NCBI GenBank assembly: GCA_027623675.1
Contig: JAQBVF010000021.1
Coordinates: 11,955 to 75,954 of the forward strand
Direction of reading: 5' to 3'
DNA length: 64,000 bases
Origin: Chloroflexota bacterium
GTDB lineage: Bacteria; Chloroflexota; Dehalococcoidia; Lucifugimonadales; UBA3495
The position numbers and the translations under genes are program-made. Below are positions 58,949-64,000 of the stretch, one piece after another (positions within the stretch are counted from its first letter, which is position 1; each line of letters opens with the position of its first letter). The notes under the pieces are model-generated. The model was not told where the DNA came from and did no database searches. It was given only the letters and a program-made list of their open reading frames with translations.

Positions 58949-59734
58949 CTACAACCCCAATCGCCTCACCAACTCCTCGGCTGTGACGATCGCGCCGGTC
59001 AGGCCTTTGGCGTCCTGGTCAGCCAGGTACTTGGCGGCCTTGACCATGTCGTTGGGGGTGGCCCAGGTGGAGACGTCGGCGTCGGGGCGCTGGGCCAGGA
59101 AGCCCTCCGTGACCACGGGACGCAGGGGCTTCAACGCGTTGACAGCGATATTGTGCGGGCCAAGCTCGGCGGACAGCCCCCAGGTGAACCGCTCCAGCCC
59201 GACCTTGGCGGCGCCGTAGTTCTGGCCGATGAGGACGATGTCTTCGCTATCGGCCGACAGCGTGGAGGAAAAGATGTTGGTGGCCGCGTGGGAGGATATG
59301 TTGATGATGCTGCCTCCGCCCTGCTCAATCATGATGGGCGCAACTGCTTTGCAGGCGATGAACGGCGCGCGCAGGTCGATGGACATGACCAGGTCCCACT
59401 CCTTGAGGGTCATATCCAGGAAGGGCGTGTAGCTGCCGATGGCTGCGTTATTGATCAGGACATCAACGGCCCCGAACTCGTCCAATGTGCGGTCGACCAG
59501 ATGGCGGATGCTATCTTCCTCACGCACGTTGGTGGGCACGGCCAGAGCCTTCCCGCCGGCGTCCTCGATCTCGCCGACGGTCGAATGGATGGTGCCCGGC
59601 AGCATGGGACTCGACTCCTCAGACCGGGCCGCCACCACCACATGGGCGCCCTCGGCCGCCAACCCCATGGCCATCGCCTTGCCGATGCCCCGGCTGGCGC
59701 CGGTGACTATCGCTACTTTGCCTTCTAAACTCAT
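58949..59734 (-). CDS. SDR-family oxidoreductase
   Basis: TGASRGIG, LINNA, NISS, YGAAK. Confidence 0.92.
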   Translation of the reverse strand: MSLEGKVAIVTGASRGIGKAMAMGLAAEGAHVVVAARSEESSPMLPGTIHSTVGEIEDAGGKALAVPTNVREEDSIRHLVDRTLDEFGAVDVLINNAAIGSYTPFLDMTLKEWDLVMSIDLRAPFIACKAVAPIMIEQGGGSIINISSHAATNIFSSTLSADSEDIVLIGQNYGAAKVGLERFTWGLSAELGPHNIAVNALKPLRPVVTEGFLAQRPDADVSTWATPNDMVKAAKYLADQDAKGLTGAIVTAEELVRRLGL

Positions 59735-59920
59735 GGTGATCCTTAGGTCCGCCGGACTCTTGTCATCCGGTATCTGAACTTCTAGCAATGTAAGTGCTGG
59801 CCTGCGGTTGGTCAAGAATCTTGACAAACAAGCCCACAGACCCAATCATCTTGGCACGAGCGGGTGGTGCGGGGGTGAGACTCTAAGCCATCAACTGACT
59901 GATACGAATAGGAGCTATCG

Positions 59921-60856
59921 ATGACAACATTGGTTTTGGGCGGCACCGGATTTATCGGAAAGCGGGCCGTTCCCCGGCTGGTGCAGCGCGGCGAGAAAGT
60001 AGTGGTGATGGACATCAACCCCGGCGCGGCCGACTACAGCGAGTTCGGCGACCAGGTTGAGGTTATCCGGGGCGACATAATGCAGTTCCAGGATGTGGTC
60101 ACATCCATCTTGCACGCCAAGCCGGACCGCATCATGAACCTGGCCTACCTGCTGGGCAGCGGCGAGGACACGCCCCACTTCACCATGAAGCTGAACGTGC
60201 TGGGCATGGACAACTGCTTCGAAGCGGCCCGAATCTGCGGCGTGAACCGGGTGACCTACGCCAGCTCCATCGCCGTCAGCGGCCAGCAATCCAACTTCGG
60301 CGACCGCGTCATCAACGAAGACGACCCCATGTACGGCACCAGCCAGTACGCCATGCACAAGCGGTTCAACGAGTTCCAGGCCGACCAGTTCAACTCGGTG
60401 TACGGCATGTCGATCACCGGCATCCGCCCGGCCAACGTCACCGGGCCAGACAAGGTGCGCGGGTCCACCGACCACGTGCGCTGCGTGACCCTGCCGGCGG
60501 CCGGCGAGGCGGTGAGCTTCCCCAAGGGCGGAATGATGCGCCTGCCGGTGCATGTGGACGACGTGGCTGAGGCCTTTGTCCGGGTGACCATGGTGGACGA
60601 GAGCCACCACCCGATCTACAACACAGGCGGCTATCCCATCAGCCTTTCCGACCTGGCCGCCATCGTGAAGAAGTTCCTTCCCGACGCCCAGATCACCTTT
60701 GCCAGCCCCGGCGGCAAGGAAGACTCGGGCAACTACCTCACCGACAACAACCGTCTACTGGGCGAGTTCGAGCTGGAGTACCCTCCCATCGAGCAGCGCA
60801 TCCTTCAGATAATCAACGACGTTCGGAGAGATGAGGGCCTGCCGCTGGTGAGCTAA
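59921..60856 (+). CDS. NAD-dependent epimerase/dehydratase (extended SDR)
   Basis: GGTGFIG, YASSIAV, Y..HK, HVDDVA. Confidence 0.9.
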   Translation: MTTLVLGGTGFIGKRAVPRLVQRGEKVVVMDINPGAADYSEFGDQVEVIRGDIMQFQDVVTSILHAKPDRIMNLAYLLGSGEDTPHFTMKLNVLGMDNCFEAARICGVNRVTYASSIAVSGQQSNFGDRVINEDDPMYGTSQYAMHKRFNEFQADQFNSVYGMSITGIRPANVTGPDKVRGSTDHVRCVTLPAAGEAVSFPKGGMMRLPVHVDDVAEAFVRVTMVDESHHPIYNTGGYPISLSDLAAIVKKFLPDAQITFASPGGKEDSGNYLTDNNRLLGEFELEYPPIEQRILQIINDVRRDEGLPLVS

Positions 60857-61049
60857 CCAGGCTGAGCCTGGACCCTATTATCTCCGGCGCTTCAGCTTCT
60901 GGGCAGCCCCGAAGTTCCCCTCCCGATATAAATCGGGATTAAGGGGACTAGGGGAACCGGGCTGAGCCTGGACCCAGTTACCTCCGGCGCCGCACCTTTC
61001 TTCGCAACACCAAACGTTCCCTCTTTCGTAAAGGGGCTAGGGGGATTTT
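60857..61049 (-). repeat. Palindromic repeat family 1, tandem copies C (60857-60956) and D (60957-61049)
   Basis: CC(A/G)GGCTGAGCCTGGACCC...CTCCGGCG...AAGGGG.CTAGGGG, the reverse complement of copies A/B. Confidence 0.85.
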
Positions 61050-61061
61050 CCCTGGCAACAT

Positions 61062-61090
61062 GAAGGCCCGCGTGAATCATGCGGGCCTTC
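61062..61090. terminator. Terminator-like hairpin between convergent genes
   Basis: GAAGGCCCGCGTG / CATGCGGGCCTTC. Confidence 0.55.
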
Positions 61091-61123
61091 TTAATCAGCC
61101 GATAGCTGTCCGTTGGTAGCTAC

Positions 61124-61474
61124 CTAGTCCGGCACCCTGGTCGACTGCCACGCCACCATCTGCCAGGCGTTGTTCCGCTTGGCGTAAACGTCGATGAACC
61201 TGGCGTCAAACTTGTTGTCGCCGACGTGGAACTTGGCGTGGCCGGTGACCACCGCGGTGTCGCCGTACTGGCTGACCTTCACGTCTTCCCGGTCAACCGA
61301 CTTGTAGTTGGAGCGGCCCGTTTTCACGGCGTCGATAAACGACTCTTTGGTATCCAATCGGGCCGTGGTGTGGGTGTAGATCAGATCGTCGGCCAGAATC
61401 TCGCCCAGCGCCGCCACATCGCCGCTGACCATGGCCTCTATGCGCCTGTTCTCCAATGCGATTATCTCGTCCAT
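61124..61474 (-). CDS. NTF2-like (DUF4440) protein
   Basis: GD..AL..ILADDL.YTH, YGDTAVVTG, VY.KR...WQ.VAWQST. Confidence 0.88.
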   Translation of the reverse strand: MDEIIALENRRIEAMVSGDVAALGEILADDLIYTHTTARLDTKESFIDAVKTGRSNYKSVDREDVKVSQYGDTAVVTGHAKFHVGDNKFDARFIDVYAKRNNAWQMVAWQSTRVPD

Positions 61475-61519
61475 ATTTATCTCCTTTAATGCGTGGTTCT
61501 ATGTCTATGTCCCAAAAGG

Positions 61520-61819
61520 CTATGCGCCTCCGGCGATGGCTCCCACGATCAGGAACGGCTCGTCACCCAAGGCCACCGCCTCAGGAAGCGGCGCATCCGC
61601 CGGCTCGTTGGAAAAGTCGGTTTGACACGCAAAGAACCTCACCAACGCCCGCCGCTCTCCAGTCAGGTGGTCGCGTAAAGTCCCCCGCAGCATGGGATAA
61701 CCGGCTTCCAAGGCATCCAGGATGGAAGCCTGGGTAACCTGACCCGGTACGTCAACCTTGACCTCTCCCGCCACCCAAGCTAGCTTACGCAGGTGTTGCG
61801 GTAAAACGACTCGGACCAT
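61520..61819 (-). CDS. MoaD/ThiS-family ubiquitin-like protein ending GGA
   Basis: VRV.LP.HLR.LA, YP.LRGT.RD, VRFFAC, GAIAGGA*. Confidence 0.85.
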   Translation of the reverse strand: MVRVVLPQHLRKLAWVAGEVKVDVPGQVTQASILDALEAGYPMLRGTLRDHLTGERRALVRFFACQTDFSNEPADAPLPEAVALGDEPFLIVGAIAGGA

Positions 61820-61821
61820 CT

Positions 61822-61915
61822 CTAGCCCCGCTCCGATGCGCTCGGGTCCATGTAAATAACCTCCCATATATGGCCTCCAGGTCCTGAAAGCCGGGGCCGT
61901 ACATGCGAGCGCCCT
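61822..61915 (-). pseudogene. C-terminal remnant of a VOC/glyoxalase gene
   Basis: MYGPGFQDL + (frameshift) [11 protein letters not shown], matching the family tail MYGRSF.D.DGH.WEV..MD. Confidence 0.7.
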
Positions 61916-61919
61916 CTGG

Positions 61920-63107
61920 TTATGGCAGTGTCTGTACTTCCACCGACAGCACGGCCGGAAGGTCCCGGGCGATGGCCGTCCAATTGTCTCCCCCATCGGC
62001 CGAAGCGTACACCTGGCCGCCGGTGGTGCCAAAATACACACCCGCGGACTCCAGCGAATCGACGGCCATGGCGTCTCGCAGAACATTTACGTAGCAGTCC
62101 TGTTGCGGCAGGCCTTGGGTAAGGGCCTCCCACTCGTTGCCTCCGGTCCGGCTTCGGAACACGCGGAGCTTGCCATCGGGAGGCCAATGCTCAAAGCCGC
62201 TGCTGATGGGGACGACGTACACGGTATCCGGTTCGTGCGGGTGGACCTGAATGGGATAGCCGAAATCGCTGGGCAGGTTCCCGTTGACCTCTTGCCAGGC
62301 GCCGCCCCCGTCGTCGCTTCGAAATACATTCCAATGATTCTGCAAGAAAAGTACCTCGGGCCGGGATGGATGCATGCTGATGTGATGAGCGCAGTGGCCG
62401 ATCTCGGCAACAGGGTCTGGAAGCAGGTCGGACCGGAGTCCCTGATTCATGGGCCGCCACGAATCACCCCCATCGTCGCTGCGGAAAACCCCCGCCGCCG
62501 AGATGCCCACGTACATTCGCTGGGCATCGGTTGGGTCCAGGATGACGGTATGCAGGCACATGCCTCCCGCTCCAGGAGCCCATTGATCGCCGGACTCGTG
62601 GCCGCGCAGCCCCGCCATCTCCTCCCAAGTCGTCCCACCGTTCAGGGATCGAAACAGGGCCGCGTCTTCCACTCCAGCGTAGACGATGTCAGGATCGGCC
62701 AGCGACGGTTCCAGGTGCCAGACGCGCTTGAACTCCCAGGGGCGGGGGGTTCCGTCGTAGAATATGTGGTCCCCCAGCGGTTTTCCGGTCCGGGGAGAGT
62801 TGTCATAAACAAATTTGTTGCTCTCACCCATCGGGAAGCCTTCCGGAGAGGTAGCGTGTTCACCCGGTGGCGTTCCAGGCTGGAACCAGGTCTTGCCACC
62901 GTCGTCCGAGCGTTGAATTATCTGCCCGAACCAGGCGGTGGTCTGTGATGCGTAGAGCCGGTTGGGATCGGCGGGAGACCCATTCATGTGGAATATCTCC
63001 CACCCACCAAAGAAGGGGCCAGCTATCTGCCACTGCTTGCGGCTTCCGTCCGAAGTCAGAATAAATGCCCCTTTGCGCGTGCCGGCCAGTACCCGAATAG
63101 TGCTCAT
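61920..63107 (-). CDS. BNR/Asp-box beta-propeller protein (sialidase-like)
   Basis: VL.GTRKG, repeated S.DGG.TW Asp-boxes, PGAGG.CLH.I, LPSDFG.P. Confidence 0.9.
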   Translation of the reverse strand: MSTIRVLAGTRKGAFILTSDGSRKQWQIAGPFFGGWEIFHMNGSPADPNRLYASQTTAWFGQIIQRSDDGGKTWFQPGTPPGEHATSPEGFPMGESNKFVYDNSPRTGKPLGDHIFYDGTPRPWEFKRVWHLEPSLADPDIVYAGVEDAALFRSLNGGTTWEEMAGLRGHESGDQWAPGAGGMCLHTVILDPTDAQRMYVGISAAGVFRSDDGGDSWRPMNQGLRSDLLPDPVAEIGHCAHHISMHPSRPEVLFLQNHWNVFRSDDGGGAWQEVNGNLPSDFGYPIQVHPHEPDTVYVVPISSGFEHWPPDGKLRVFRSRTGGNEWEALTQGLPQQDCYVNVLRDAMAVDSLESAGVYFGTTGGQVYASADGGDNWTAIARDLPAVLSVEVQTLP

Positions 63108-63464
63108 GCTTTCCTCCAGCTCGATCTGTGGCATCCCACCCAGCGACCGGACCCCTTGGAACCGCCACCCATGCTCGATGAGAAGCCAAGCCTCACTGCA
63201 CGCCTTGGCAGTTCCCCCAGGGGGCAGGTCTTACTTGGGGTAGCACAACCTACCAGGGGCGGTCAGATGGGCCTTCAAAATTCCATAGCCCGTCTGGCCG
63301 GTATTCGCCATGCCTGACAATCCCGAACAGTTCTGGGAAATGTATGAAGATACCACCGTCATGTCAAACTCTCAAAATGACGGAGATTCGCATCATGGTT
63401 GTTCGCATAGTATGCCCATGCCACAGATGTGTCTTTTCGGGATTATACTCTCCCCACTATTGAG

Positions 63465-63496
63465 AAAGGCCCCCGGAAATATCCGGAGGCCTTTTT
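63465..63496. terminator. Intrinsic terminator downstream of tRNA-fMet
   Basis: AAAGGCCCCCGGA...TCCGGAGGCCTTTTT. Confidence 0.8.
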
Positions 63497-63507
63497 AGTT
63501 GCGGATT

Positions 63508-63582
63508 TGGTAGCGGGGGTTGGACTCGAACCAACGACCTTCGGGTTATGAGCCCGACGAGCTGCCACTGCTCCACCCCGCG
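63508..63582 (-). tRNA. Initiator tRNA-fMet (CAT)
   Basis: CGCGGGGTGGAGCAGTGGCAGCTCGTCGGGCTCATAACCCGAAGGTCGTTGGTTCGAGTCCAACCCCCGCTACCA; C1 mismatch, GGG/CCC anticodon stem, encoded CCA. Confidence 0.97.
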
Positions 63583-63742
63583 TCGTTATGCTGCTATCAG
63601 CGTACCGGTAACTCCCACTTACGTGAGCAAAGCCGGAGGGACCTCTCCCAGCTGACAGCTAAGAAAACAAGAAACTATAAAAAGTCATGGTAACCATGTC
63701 ACCAGCTGCTAGCAGTTGATGCAGGTTTGAAATTCATTGCGT

Positions 63743-64000
63743 GGGTCAAGCCTCTCGACCGGTTAGTACCGGTATGCTGAAGATATTACTATCCTTACAC
63801 ATCCGGCCTATCAAGCAGATAGTCTCTCTGCAGTCTTACTCCCTAACTTAATAGGGAAGGGAGGCCTCATCTTGGGGGCAGCTTCGCGCTTAGATGCCTT
63901 CAGCGCTTATCAATTCTAGACATGGCTACCCAGCGCTGCTCCTGGCGGAACAACTGGCACACCATAGGTCTATCCCTTCCGGTCCTCTCGTACTAGGAAG
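63743..64000 (-). rRNA. rrl: 23S rRNA, 3' end (truncated by window)
   Basis: Reverse-complement hallmarks GGTCCTCTCGTACTAG, CTTAGATGC.TTCAGCG.TTATC, GGTCAAGCCTCTCG. Confidence 0.97.

Noticed and set aside
63135..63507. Integrative element at tRNA-fMet
   Set aside because: No integrase and no duplicated tRNA 3' end seen in the window

Overview
A GC-rich bacterial chromosome segment. Three luciferase-like monooxygenase paralogues, a GAAC-N4-GTTC-type SOS box and the overall gene mix suggest Chloroflexota/Dehalococcoidia, possibly SAR202-like (inference). It holds about 55 CDS with a strong sulfur/selenium theme: a four-domain rhodanese + two sulfite-oxidase-family Mo enzymes + cupin operon, sulfite reductase + HemD-like gene, selB, ggt and a MoaD-like carrier. 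It also has a pstSCAB-phoU cluster, acs, pgi, hemW, nurA, tRNA-fMet and the 3' end of 23S rRNA. The best finds are not in the ORF track. (1) A candidate cysteine-sensing transcription attenuator upstream of sulfite reductase: a TTGACA-17-TAGACT promoter, a probably leaderless 22-aa peptide with C-C-T-C in TGT codons, and mutually exclusive antiterminator/terminator hairpins. (2) A two-domain sulfurtransferase whose active-site codon is an in-frame TGA followed by a SECIS-like hairpin, i.e. a probable selenoprotein. (3) Two families of ~80-100 bp palindromic repeats, one bracketing small accessory cassettes (higBA, a phosphatase), plus a displaced duplicate of the acs 3' end flanking a Uma2 nuclease gene. 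All calls come from reading motifs by eye; no searches or folding programs were run.
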